Virus record (IMG/VR): IMGVR_UViG_3300042894_003945
Location: 72,879-136,878 of that record
DNA length: 64,000 bases
Direction: 5' to 3' (one strand)
Origin: a virus
The notes under the pieces are model-generated. The model searched no databases. It saw only the letters and a list, made by a program, of their open reading frames with translations, and had not been told where the DNA came from. The position numbers and the translations under genes were made by a program. Shown here piece by piece: positions 38,649 to 48,266 of this stretch (position 1 is its first letter; every line of letters begins with the position of its first letter).

Positions 38649-41585
38649 TTAAAGGCAAACTGCTTCGGCACAAAATCCTCCAGAACAATTACTCTCACAC
38701 TCTGCTAATGAAGTGTAAATGATAAAATCTTGAGAACACTGGTAGCAGGTTATAGTAGGCTCAGGAGTAGGAGTGGGTGTCGGAGTATCAGGTACAGCTG
38801 TAGGGGTAGGTGTCGGAGTATCAGGTACAGCTGTAGGGGTAGGTGTCGGAGTTGGTGTTATAGTCGGTGTAGGAGTTGGAGTGTTAGGTACAGCTGTAGG
38901 AGTTGGAGTAGGTGTTACCGTAGGAGCTGGGGTTGGGGTAGGTGTTGTGCTACAAACGGCCCCTTGTACGATAGCTATACAATCTGAGCTTCCTCCGCTA
39001 CACTCTACTCCGTCAAAACTAAAACTTCCTTCTATTGCGCATATATTATAACTCTGTATGCCATTTCCAGTAGCAGTGAACGATTGTGGATTTCCTGAAC
39101 AGTCATTATAGAAAATAGTCTTAGAAACCGTATAATAGTTAGTTACCTCATAAGTATAACATCCAGCTACCGTTGCAGTTGGTGTCGGAGTTATAGTCGG
39201 AGTAGGAGTTGGGGTATTAGGTACAGATGTAGCTGTTGGTGTAGGTGTAGATGTTATGGTAGGGGTTGGTGTTGGAGTATTAGGTACAGGAGTTGGAGTA
39301 GGTGTTGTATTACAAGTAGCTCCTTGAACAACTGATATACAATCACTACTACTGTTATCACAGAAGATACCGTCAAAAGTTATAGTACCTTCTATAGCGC
39401 ATATATTATATGTTTGCAAACCATTAGCCGCTGTTGTTACTGATTGTGGATTTCCAGAACAGTCATTGTAGTATACAATCTTTTGAGTAGTATAATAGTT
39501 GGTTATTTCATAGGTATAACAGCCTGCTATAGTTGCAGTAGGTGTTGGAGTAATTGTTGGGGTAGTAGTAGGCGTAGGAGTTGGGGTATTAGGTACAGAT
39601 GTAGCTGTTGGTGTAGGTGTAGATGTTATGGTAGGGGTTGGTGTTGGAGTTGGAGTCGGAGTTCCTGTACAAGAAGATCCTTTTACTATAGCTAAGCAAT
39701 CTGTAGAACCTCCATTACAGTCTGTTTCAAAATGGGTAACAGTGCCTTCTATAGCGCAAATATAAGACTGCAGTCCGTTTCCGGGAGCCGATACGGTTTG
39801 TGGATCGTTATTGCAATCGTTGTAGTATACAGTTTTATTTGTTGTATAATAGTTAGTTATTTCAAAAGTAAAGCATCCAGCAGGGGTTGGTGTAGGAGTT
39901 ACAGTTGGAGTTCCAGTTGGTGTAGGAGTTACAGTTGGAGTGTTAGTTATAGTAGGAGTAGGAGTTGGTGTTAAAGTTATAGTAGGAGTAGGAGTTGGTG
40001 TTAAAGTTATAGTAGGAGTAGGAGTAGGGGTATCGGTTATAGTTGGAGTAGGAGTAGGGGTATCGGTTATAGTTGGAGTAGGAGTTGGTGTATTAGTTAT
40101 AGTTGGAGTAGGCGTTGGTGTATTAGTTATAGTTGGTGTTGGTGTTATAGTCGGAGTAGCTGTTGGTGTTGGTGTTATAGTCGGAGTAGCTGTTGGAGTG
40201 TTAGTTATAGTAGGAGTAGGAGTTATAGTAGGAGTAGGAGTTGGTGTAAAGGTTGGCGCTCCAGTATTAGTAGGAGTAGGGGTAGGCGTAGCCGTACCTG
40301 TAGGGGTAGGCGTTGGTGTTATAGTAGGAGTAGGGGTTATAGTAGGAGTAGGGGTTATAGTAGGCGTAGCTGTAGGCGTAGCTGTAGGAGTAGGAGTAGG
40401 GGTATCGGTTATAGTTGGAGTAGGAGTTGGTGTATTAGTTACAGTAGGTGTTGGTGTCGGTGTAACAGTAGGAGTGGACGTTGGAGTACCAGTAGGTGTA
40501 GGGGTAGGTGTAGCGGTTACTGTCGGTGTAGGAGTAGCCGTTGGCATTAAGAATGTTGGAGTAGGTGTAGGAGTAGGAGTTGCTGTAGGAGCAGGAGTAG
40601 GTGTAAATGTAGGTGTTGGAGTCGCTGTAGGGCCAGGAGTAGGTGTAGGAGTTGGTGTAGGAGTTGGTCCTGGTACGGTTACATCTTTAACATACAGAAT
40701 AAACCCACATAAAGCTTTTTCAACATTTACGGTTATTTTTGCAAAATTTGAGTTTAAAACACAAGAACTTCCTGTAGGAGTAGCAGACACTCTGTAATCG
40801 GTTGTATAAACTCCAGGAACCGCTCCTGTAAAAGTTACTGTTCCGTTTCCTACTACAGTAAACTTAGATGCATCAGACCCAGATAACAATATAGATCCTG
40901 TTCCAAAAGTACCTCCCCTAGCATTGTCGTTAGCTAAAGGATTAAAATTATATGGAGATTGAGAAGGTCTTATTGTGTATGTATCATCCTTTGCATAAGG
41001 AGGGAGTGGAAATATGCTTTGATAGCCTTGATTAGTCACCACTATCATTCCTTGCTCATAAAATATATTACCTACATGAGTATAGGGAGATGTAGCCAAA
41101 TCGTACACATTTCCTTTTCCATCGTCCTGTAGATTCATAAAGGACGTAGAAATATTAAAAGAAAGATCTTTTACAGCAAATCCGTAAACATCTTTTGAAA
41201 TAGATAGAACTTTTATTTGAGCTCCTGAACCTGATGGGAAATCTTTTATCATATACCCAACAGGAGTATAATCAAAATAGGAACCTGAGAGTCTGTATAT
41301 AGATGCGCTCTCGTAGTAATTAGACTCTAAAAGCAATGAGCTGTCTAAGAGAGATCCTGAAAAGGATTGATAATACAGATGGTTTACTGAATCATAAACC
41401 AATCTATCGTATTCGTTATTTGTTTTTACATCATTATTGTAATCAAATATACTAGAAGTTTTCACTCCATTATACACTCTTATACCATAAGACTCTAGAT
41501 CGCAAACACTTATACTCCACTCCTTATTAGCGACATAAGGAGTACTTACTACATCTGACTTATATAAACGTTTGTATGCCGACAT
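38649..41585 (-). CDS. Structural protein with Ig-like segment, long mucin-like (Thr-Pro) tract and three Cys-rich repeats
   Basis: N-terminal DDG.GN...VGNIFY.QG..V.T; A.DD.Y...NPL.ND Ig-like start; about 260-aa TP tract; three 6-Cys repeats. Confidence 0.8.
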   Translation of the reverse strand: MSAYKRLYKSDVVSTPYVANKEWSISVCDLESYGIRVYNGVKTSSIFDYNNDVKTNNEYDRLVYDSVNHLYYQSFSGSLLDSSLLLESNYYESASIYRLSGSYFDYTPVGYMIKDFPSGSGAQIKVLSISKDVYGFAVKDLSFNISTSFMNLQDDGKGNVYDLATSPYTHVGNIFYEQGMIVVTNQGYQSIFPLPPYAKDDTYTIRPSQSPYNFNPLANDNARGGTFGTGSILLSGSDASKFTVVGNGTVTFTGAVPGVYTTDYRVSATPTGSSCVLNSNFAKITVNVEKALCGFILYVKDVTVPGPTPTPTPTPTPGPTATPTPTFTPTPAPTATPTPTPTPTFLMPTATPTPTVTATPTPTPTGTPTSTPTVTPTPTPTVTNTPTPTPTITDTPTPTPTATPTATPTITPTPTITPTPTITPTPTPTGTATPTPTPTNTGAPTFTPTPTPTITPTPTITNTPTATPTITPTPTATPTITPTPTITNTPTPTPTITNTPTPTPTITDTPTPTPTITDTPTPTPTITLTPTPTPTITLTPTPTPTITNTPTVTPTPTGTPTVTPTPTPAGCFTFEITNYYTTNKTVYYNDCNNDPQTVSAPGNGLQSYICAIEGTVTHFETDCNGGSTDCLAIVKGSSCTGTPTPTPTPTPTITSTPTPTATSVPNTPTPTPTTTPTITPTPTATIAGCYTYEITNYYTTQKIVYYNDCSGNPQSVTTAANGLQTYNICAIEGTITFDGIFCDNSSSDCISVVQGATCNTTPTPTPVPNTPTPTPTITSTPTPTATSVPNTPTPTPTITPTPTATVAGCYTYEVTNYYTVSKTIFYNDCSGNPQSFTATGNGIQSYNICAIEGSFSFDGVECSGGSSDCIAIVQGAVCSTTPTPTPAPTVTPTPTPTAVPNTPTPTPTITPTPTPTPTAVPDTPTPTPTAVPDTPTPTPTPEPTITCYQCSQDFIIYTSLAECESNCSGGFCAEAVCL
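39880..40675 (-). repeat. (Thr-Pro)n coding repeat
   Basis: 6-bp periodicity with several 18- to 30-bp exact tandem duplications (e.g. about 39946-40130). Confidence 0.9.
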
Positions 41586-41603
41586 ATTTAGTCATAACGA
41601 ATT

Positions 41604-42635
41604 TTAAAATTCTAATTTGACTCTACATGTTATTTGCTTAGTGAAATCTTTTGGCAATGGTTTGCTGAGTTTTGCAACCGCTAAAAGCTCATTAGCATCA
41701 TTGTACAGTCCTATAGTAGTTGGAAACACCTGAGGGCTGTCTATCAATGTCGGATACAATATGTTACCGTTATTGTCAATAATTGATGGATTAGTTGTAT
41801 AATTTAACTGGGAGCTCTTTGCATTTACAAAGAAGTATCTAGATGCTAAGGTTTCTTCACTATTTGCTTTAAAAGACTGGCCATCAAGTATAGTCTTAAA
41901 CAATCTAAAATTATTTATACTGTACCCAGCGGTGTATGCAGTGGCTGCTGTTTGATCTATGGTTAAACCTAATCCTTTGTTTGCGCCGTAAGTAAGAGCC
42001 AAAGCTCTTGGATTCAAAATAAATACTCCCATATCAGGGAAGAAAAATCCATAGGAACCACTTACTGTTTGTACAGATGAATCATCGTAGCTACTTCCAT
42101 TAGATCCACTAACTATGTTATAATATCTGTTCCCAGCTATATAGTTAACAGTAGAAGAGTCTTTACTATCGTCAGTTAACGTGATTGCGTTACCTCCATT
42201 TGACAATACTAAATTCCAGGTTCCTGTGTTTATTTCTTCTTTGTACCTTGATCTGTTTATGGATATAGCAAAGATATCAATAGACACGCCATTGTTTCCT
42301 CCAAAATTAAAAGACGATCCCTCGTCACCGTAAACTATATTTCTAAACTGTCCGTAAATGTCTCTAGTAGGGGATTTTTCATTTACTAAGTTGTTAAACA
42401 AGGCAGATCCACTACCGTATATATTACCGTATGCTATTGCAAACTGTACTTCCGATCCTACAGATCCTACTGAAGAATTGTAGACATTCAAATAGAATTT
42501 TCCACTATCACTAGCTTCTTGTACGCTAGACGTAAAGAAGGTGGTCAAGTTGTATAAATTATTTGTCCACAAGCCTGCTGTAATAGCTTCCGTGCTTATT
42601 ACGCTATCGTCTTCTTGAAAAGGTATAAATGACAT
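41604..42635 (-). CDS. Virion/baseplate structural protein
   Basis: C-terminal T.IGLY.D..ELLAVAKLS.P, similar to tail-collar/baseplate domains; in the baseplate cluster. Confidence 0.7.
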   Translation of the reverse strand: MSFIPFQEDDSVISTEAITAGLWTNNLYNLTTFFTSSVQEASDSGKFYLNVYNSSVGSVGSEVQFAIAYGNIYGSGSALFNNLVNEKSPTRDIYGQFRNIVYGDEGSSFNFGGNNGVSIDIFAISINRSRYKEEINTGTWNLVLSNGGNAITLTDDSKDSSTVNYIAGNRYYNIVSGSNGSSYDDSSVQTVSGSYGFFFPDMGVFILNPRALALTYGANKGLGLTIDQTAATAYTAGYSINNFRLFKTILDGQSFKANSEETLASRYFFVNAKSSQLNYTTNPSIIDNNGNILYPTLIDSPQVFPTTIGLYNDANELLAVAKLSKPLPKDFTKQITCRVKLEF

Positions 42636-42643
42636 CTTATATG

Positions 42644-43312
42644 TTATTTGTTTTTAGTCACTGTTAATGGAACTGATATTCTTGCTCCGGAATCTCTACC
42701 TACTATTGTAATAGTAGTACTTAGTTGAGTAGCTGTTGATCCAAAAAGCGTGTCTATTCCTGTTCCTACTAGAGTGAATGAAGTTCCTATGGCTGTTTTA
42801 CTAATAGCTGTGCCAGTAGTGGTGCTAAGATCTGATATTCCTAAATTGTTTACGTCTATTCCTATACCGGTAAATGTAGATAGGAGTCTAGCATCTCCTA
42901 CTGTAACTACATATCCGCTAGGTTCAAACGTTGAAACGGCGCCTAAATAGTTAAGAGTTTGAGGATTTATAACATAAGACTCATTTTGTTTAATAGATAT
43001 GGCGTTAGACGAGCCCTTTCCAACAACAACTACCGGTAATTTGCTTGTACCTCTAGGGAGAGTCACAAGCTTGTATTTCATTATCTGAGTTTCGTCTGGG
43101 AAGGCTTCTAATAGCGGCATATTTTCTATAGCCTGTCCATAGAATGCAGAACCAGACGGATGGTCTGGGTTATACAAGGTGTAATCCACCTCGTCATCTG
43201 CCATGGCAAATTGTGTAATCTGGAAAGAGCCGTCATTTCTTGCCAAAAGCTCTCTTCCTTTTTTTGTTAAAATAGCGTCTACTGTGACTACTACATTATT
43301 TAAATATCCCAT
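42644..43312 (-). CDS. Virion/baseplate structural protein
   Basis: DAILT.KGRELLA....F.IT.FA..DDE.DY; late motif upstream. Confidence 0.7.
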   Translation of the reverse strand: MGYLNNVVVTVDAILTKKGRELLARNDGSFQITQFAMADDEVDYTLYNPDHPSGSAFYGQAIENMPLLEAFPDETQIMKYKLVTLPRGTSKLPVVVVGKGSSNAISIKQNESYVINPQTLNYLGAVSTFEPSGYVVTVGDARLLSTFTGIGIDVNNLGISDLSTTTGTAISKTAIGTSFTLVGTGIDTLFGSTATQLSTTITIVGRDSGARISVPLTVTKNK

Positions 43313-43357
43313 TTCTCAAATTTGTATATATAAATATGGTGCTTTAATGTTTTAAGG

Positions 43358-45538
43358 TTATGCTATAACTAATACTTTAGATAGAACTGTATCTTTCAAA
43401 GGTCCTATAATTTGTCCTATGTTCTTATTTATAGTTCCCTCCAAGTTATGAGGCAAAATTAAGGCATTTGAAGATAAACCAGCTCTTTTTTTGAAATCTA
43501 ACATTATAACGGTTTCGTCAGGCAGTTTCCTGAAGAAGGCAAAGGTTGCAGGGTCTATTAGGTTTGAATTGTAAGTTCTATCCAATCTTATAGACAAAGG
43601 CCTTGTAGCAGTCCTCTGCGTTCCTATGTTTTCAATAAGGGGGTCTACCACTTCTGTTATATAAAAGTACTCTGGTTTAACAGAGTAAAACCTAGTAAAC
43701 CTTACTATGTCATTTTTTTGAAACGTAAATGGAACGTCTACGGGGGAGTATAGGTTTGCTACAGAATTTGGATTACTTATATCTTGTGGCTCAAATATAG
43801 AACTTGAGTACAAAAGGGAAGCTTCCGAACTAAAAACCAAAGTTTGATTGTCGGGATCAGTTGTAAATAAGGCCGGGGACTGTGATATTGTTTTAGTGGA
43901 CAGTATGGTTACATCAGCTATCTTTTTGTCATATACCTCAAAATAGTTTTTAGAAGAGTCTCCGGTAGCCACTTCAAAGTATATATCTGAACTCCTTCTA
44001 AAAAAGCTTGTTACTTCTGCAAAGTAAAATCTTACTCTTATTTTATCATTTTGATTCAATTTTACATCTTTATCGAAAAGTTGACATCTTCCTTCATAAA
44101 AAGGAGTTATAGTCTTGCCGTTATAAGTTCCTCCCGTAGTGTCTCCGGAAAAGTATATAAAACTATTACTTTCATCTATTAATGCACGAGTAGTTCCTGT
44201 TCTCTCTCTACCTCCTAAAGGTATTGGAATATTAGTGGCAGAGAACCTCGTAAATCCGTAAGGAACTACATTAGCCGGATTTGAAGTGTCTAAATACTCC
44301 CACGTAGATGCGCCACTCTTTTGAACTTCAAGTATAGCTATAATTTTTACAACAGAAGGACCTTTTTCATTAGACCTTTCTCCCGCTGTTTCTGGATTTC
44401 TGGCTCTTACTTTTACAGGGATGTCTATATTTACTGTATAGGTAGAACTTCTGGGGGCTAGATAGTAAGAATAGTTTTCAGAGCCTGCTTTAACTTCGTT
44501 TATAGTACCAGCTTGATTCAAAGATATATAACCTCCACTATTAGTCGTTGTGTCTACGGGTAAGAACCAGTCTATAGCATAATAACTTGCAGGATCAGTA
44601 TTTGTTTTAAAATCTATAAATGCTAATTCTCCAAAAGTAAACGCTATTTTTCTTATGTTATTTTGGTAATCTTTATAATTACCACTTAACCAAGATCTTA
44701 AAGGCATATGATTATAAGGCCAAGCATCACTGCTTATCTTACTTAAAGACATAGCCCTATTATTAGGATCGGATAGCCCTTTTAACGTAAATGTATAACC
44801 TGTACCGCTATTGCTAGAAAACTCAGCATTTGTGTTTCCTACTGTCTGCCATACGGATGCGGTAGTGTTTACAGCTTTTAGACCAAATCTATTTTCTACT
44901 GATTCGTTAGGGATTATATATGAGAAAACTAAATTTTCATCAGTTTCTCTAAACATAATTGGGGCGTATCTAAACCCACCTTCAAATATAGTCTTAGGAC
45001 CGTCTAATGTAGCTTGGTTAGTTGGATTGTATCTATCAAACAAGGACACATATGCAATATCTCCTTTTTTGTATGTATTTTGTACTTCAAATAAGTTATT
45101 ATTATTAGCAGATAATTCAACTACAGATCCTGTATTGTCTATTAAATACTTTATGTTTACAGTGGTCTTGTCGTAGAAGTTCAGATTCGTACTGTTTATA
45201 CTATTTGCAAAAGCAAATTTACTAACTGTATAGTCTATAGCTGCTGTTTTTCCATAGGAGGTGTCTCCTTTCCAATCTATTTCTTCCAATCCTACATTAA
45301 AAAAAGATGCGCTAGTATAGACATTATACTTTGCACTAGTTACTTTGGACCCATCAAATCTTACCCTTGTGAATTTAGGATCTGTCTGCAAATCATCATG
45401 CATCTCAACAGGCTCTAAAACTCCGGTTTGATTCATGTTAATCTTTCTATATACATTAGAAACAAGTCCCCCAGACACATTATTAATTAATGTATTATAG
45501 TCACTACGTTCAAAAGCTGCTCTGTCTATGGTACTCAT
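43358..45538 (-). CDS. Putative structural protein
   Basis: 726 aa, beta-rich, coupled to the upstream gene by an ATGA overlap. Confidence 0.6.
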   Translation of the reverse strand: MSTIDRAAFERSDYNTLINNVSGGLVSNVYRKINMNQTGVLEPVEMHDDLQTDPKFTRVRFDGSKVTSAKYNVYTSASFFNVGLEEIDWKGDTSYGKTAAIDYTVSKFAFANSINSTNLNFYDKTTVNIKYLIDNTGSVVELSANNNNLFEVQNTYKKGDIAYVSLFDRYNPTNQATLDGPKTIFEGGFRYAPIMFRETDENLVFSYIIPNESVENRFGLKAVNTTASVWQTVGNTNAEFSSNSGTGYTFTLKGLSDPNNRAMSLSKISSDAWPYNHMPLRSWLSGNYKDYQNNIRKIAFTFGELAFIDFKTNTDPASYYAIDWFLPVDTTTNSGGYISLNQAGTINEVKAGSENYSYYLAPRSSTYTVNIDIPVKVRARNPETAGERSNEKGPSVVKIIAILEVQKSGASTWEYLDTSNPANVVPYGFTRFSATNIPIPLGGRERTGTTRALIDESNSFIYFSGDTTGGTYNGKTITPFYEGRCQLFDKDVKLNQNDKIRVRFYFAEVTSFFRRSSDIYFEVATGDSSKNYFEVYDKKIADVTILSTKTISQSPALFTTDPDNQTLVFSSEASLLYSSSIFEPQDISNPNSVANLYSPVDVPFTFQKNDIVRFTRFYSVKPEYFYITEVVDPLIENIGTQRTATRPLSIRLDRTYNSNLIDPATFAFFRKLPDETVIMLDFKKRAGLSSNALILPHNLEGTINKNIGQIIGPLKDTVLSKVLVIA

Positions 45539-47925
45539 AAATAAGGGTTCCTATTTTTTATTTCGAAATCAGCATACACATTTATTACAGACCCAGAAAG
45601 TTCTCCTAAATAAAAATCTCTACCATCTTCATATCCACTTACATAAATACTGTTTGCCTCAATTTCTCCGCTCTGTATTTCTCCTTCAACATAACTATAG
45701 TTTTCAGAAACATCGGAGTCCGCTCTTTTTGCCTTAGGTCTTTCTAGTATTGGGGACTTTATTATTAAACCTGTCTGTACATTAGATCTTGCTGGGATAA
45801 AATCCTTTATCATTTTAAAAAGAGAGTTGTCAAAGAACTGTATAAGTCTTACAAAATCTTTAATATTATATTCCCTGAAATATCCGGAAGCTGAGTAGTA
45901 GTTGCGATTAAACTCTACTAAACTTGGATAACTTGCCTTTTGATCATCCCTAGGATCTCCTATATATTTATCTATATTAAAAGAACTGCTATATAAAGAA
46001 ATTATCTGATCGTTTATTTCATTTTGAGGAGAAAATCCAGCCTCTATAAAATGAACGTCTCTAGTGAACTCATCAGTAGGATTCTCTTCTAATCTTAGAA
46101 AAGGAGATAAAACACTACCGGTTATTGTATTGTTTACTATCCTAACTTTATTGATTACGGGAGCGGAGTATACTGCATTTAATTCTGTTAACTTGTCTGA
46201 TCCTCCAAATTCATTTACTGTTAATATTGACCCGGTAATTCCAAAAGTTGTTATTAAAGCTTTAAGACCTCTACTAGTTCCTCTTGACTTTAGAAGGTAT
46301 GGTAGATTATGGTAAACCCTTTTTAAAATTTCTTTCTGTATATCCTGTCCTGCTACAGTGTATTGAGAAGCGCTTACCATAGTATTTAAAGAAGAACCTG
46401 TAGGCATAAAACTGCCTGATACGGAGCTTCCTATTAAATACTCAAATATATTCTCATTACTCTTTGAGTTATATAGCTTTATGCCTAAAGAAGATAGTGC
46501 ATAATAGACTAGATCTTTTGATATTCCTCTGTGTAAATTATTATAACTTTTCCACTGATCAGTTATAGCTTTCTCAAACAGCCATATGTTATCAAAATGC
46601 TGACCTACCATATTTAAAAACAAAGAATACCCATCATTAACAGGGTCTATTGTTATGTATTCTGGTATGGTATATATTAAATTATTTTGATTTTCTAAAT
46701 CATATGCGGATGATGTATATAATTGTCCTCCATACAGATTAGAAGATGCATCGTCACTTCCTAACCAGTTTACAACTTGAGAAGATATTGAGTTATATAA
46801 AGGATATGGCTTTACTGATCCTGACTTAGGCCAAGCAGTTGATTCTGATGCATAATATAGATAGTTCTCATAGCCGTCAAAATTTCTTACAATACTGTCT
46901 ACTTTTAATTGTAAAGATTGTATGCTTGCGCTAGAGTTAAAAGATGTATTAAAGTTAGTTGTGGATCTTATTGAAGCTATATCGGTTTGGTAAGACTCTA
47001 TTAACTGTATTTTATATCTAAAATTTAACAGTCTTTCTTTGGCCGATGAAAAATGTATAAAATTATTGTAGTCACTATAGTCTACATTTATATCAATTCC
47101 TTTCTTATTTAAAGCATTTAATAATTCTCTGTAAGCTGTTGTAGACTGGTTTGATAGTAACTCTTCGGTGTTTACATACTCAGAAGGTTTTACAGAGCTT
47201 TGATCTACATCTATATCAAAATTAGCCGATTTTAAAAAAGGAATCACTTCCTGTATTGGTGTGGGAGCTACCTCAACTTCGTAGGAAATAGCTTCTGATA
47301 GCTCTTCTACAAACCAAAAAGAAGATTTTAGATCAAACTCTATAGGAAGAGGTTGATACAATTTTATCAATATAGAATATGGATCAGTGTTTTTGTCTAG
47401 AGCTATATTTACTCCATTGACAAACTTATTATCTCCAAAATTTAATAAGAAATCTTTAAAGTACTGTGAGTTCTGTATTTCATAAAGAAAGTTTACAACT
47501 CCATCTTCTATAGTTAAATCTGAAAAATCATTCGTAGAAATTCTAAGTTCTTTTCTATCGTTAGATATTTCTTTTATGAAAAAAGACTTCTGATTTATGT
47601 TTACTATCTTCTTTCTGAATACGTTAAATTGTACTATGTAAGTACCAAAAGTAAATCCTAAATCTTCAATTACGGTCTCAGGGAAAAACTGTAGTTCTTG
47701 TGTATATGTTTCCGTACCTGCTTGTAAGTCAGTTGCAGGAATTCTATACCCAGTGTAATTATATTCAGAAAATAATAAAGAATTCCCCTTTGTATAAACA
47801 TGATATTCTACGTAATCTTCAGGAAGACCAAATTGTCTTATATAATCCCTAGATGATATTAGAGAACTATCTATAGTATCATATTTAGCTAAACTTTCAT
47901 TTATCTTTTGTACGGAAACTATCAT
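45535..47925 (-). CDS. Putative baseplate wedge protein
   Basis: F..MVGQHFD.IW, NLPYLLK.RGT.RG...L...FG, IK.F.PAR, GL.I...ILER.K. Confidence 0.65.
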   Translation of the reverse strand: MIVSVQKINESLAKYDTIDSSLISSRDYIRQFGLPEDYVEYHVYTKGNSLLFSEYNYTGYRIPATDLQAGTETYTQELQFFPETVIEDLGFTFGTYIVQFNVFRKKIVNINQKSFFIKEISNDRKELRISTNDFSDLTIEDGVVNFLYEIQNSQYFKDFLLNFGDNKFVNGVNIALDKNTDPYSILIKLYQPLPIEFDLKSSFWFVEELSEAISYEVEVAPTPIQEVIPFLKSANFDIDVDQSSVKPSEYVNTEELLSNQSTTAYRELLNALNKKGIDINVDYSDYNNFIHFSSAKERLLNFRYKIQLIESYQTDIASIRSTTNFNTSFNSSASIQSLQLKVDSIVRNFDGYENYLYYASESTAWPKSGSVKPYPLYNSISSQVVNWLGSDDASSNLYGGQLYTSSAYDLENQNNLIYTIPEYITIDPVNDGYSLFLNMVGQHFDNIWLFEKAITDQWKSYNNLHRGISKDLVYYALSSLGIKLYNSKSNENIFEYLIGSSVSGSFMPTGSSLNTMVSASQYTVAGQDIQKEILKRVYHNLPYLLKSRGTSRGLKALITTFGITGSILTVNEFGGSDKLTELNAVYSAPVINKVRIVNNTITGSVLSPFLRLEENPTDEFTRDVHFIEAGFSPQNEINDQIISLYSSSFNIDKYIGDPRDDQKASYPSLVEFNRNYYSASGYFREYNIKDFVRLIQFFDNSLFKMIKDFIPARSNVQTGLIIKSPILERPKAKRADSDVSENYSYVEGEIQSGEIEANSIYVSGYEDGRDFYLGELSGSVINVYADFEIKNRNPYL

Positions 47926-48266
47926 TATCTATTAGGGGTTGTTAAAGTCACTATTTGATTTTTTAGAGACACGTTCTCTTCTCTTAGGTTTCTTATCTCC
48001 TCTTCTAAATTTTCAAAATCTATACCTATATAATCACCGCTTCTTTTTACAATCTCTAAATGAGAATTTACCGATCCGCTAGGAGGTATATCATAAAAAA
48101 GAGTGTCGTAGTCATTAAACAACTGAGCAACGGTACTAGCCCCTGTTATGTCATCCTCTGCTGGGTTTCCATCCTGCGGTACTAGTTGTTTAAAAGAAAC
48201 ATCTACTACATTTGTAAATGTATTCTTACCGTATATTTTTCTTTTTATATCGACTGCTTCAGCCAT
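47925..48266 (-). CDS. Hypothetical protein with C-terminal coiled coil
   Basis: 113-aa ORF coupled to both neighbours. Confidence 0.65.
   Translation of the reverse strand: MAEAVDIKRKIYGKNTFTNVVDVSFKQLVPQDGNPAEDDITGASTVAQLFNDYDTLFYDIPPSGSVNSHLEIVKRSGDYIGIDFENLEEEIRNLREENVSLKNQIVTLTTPNR

Noticed and set aside
403-40675. Repeat arrays as possible CRISPR arrays or DGR template/variable repeats
   Set aside because: No constant repeat with unique spacers, variation is at synonymous positions rather than adenine-specific, and no cas or reverse transcriptase gene is present in the window.
38730-40797. Plus-strand VGVGVG and RSRSW ORFs (also 31822-32130)
   Set aside because: Antisense shadows of the (Thr-Pro)n tracts.
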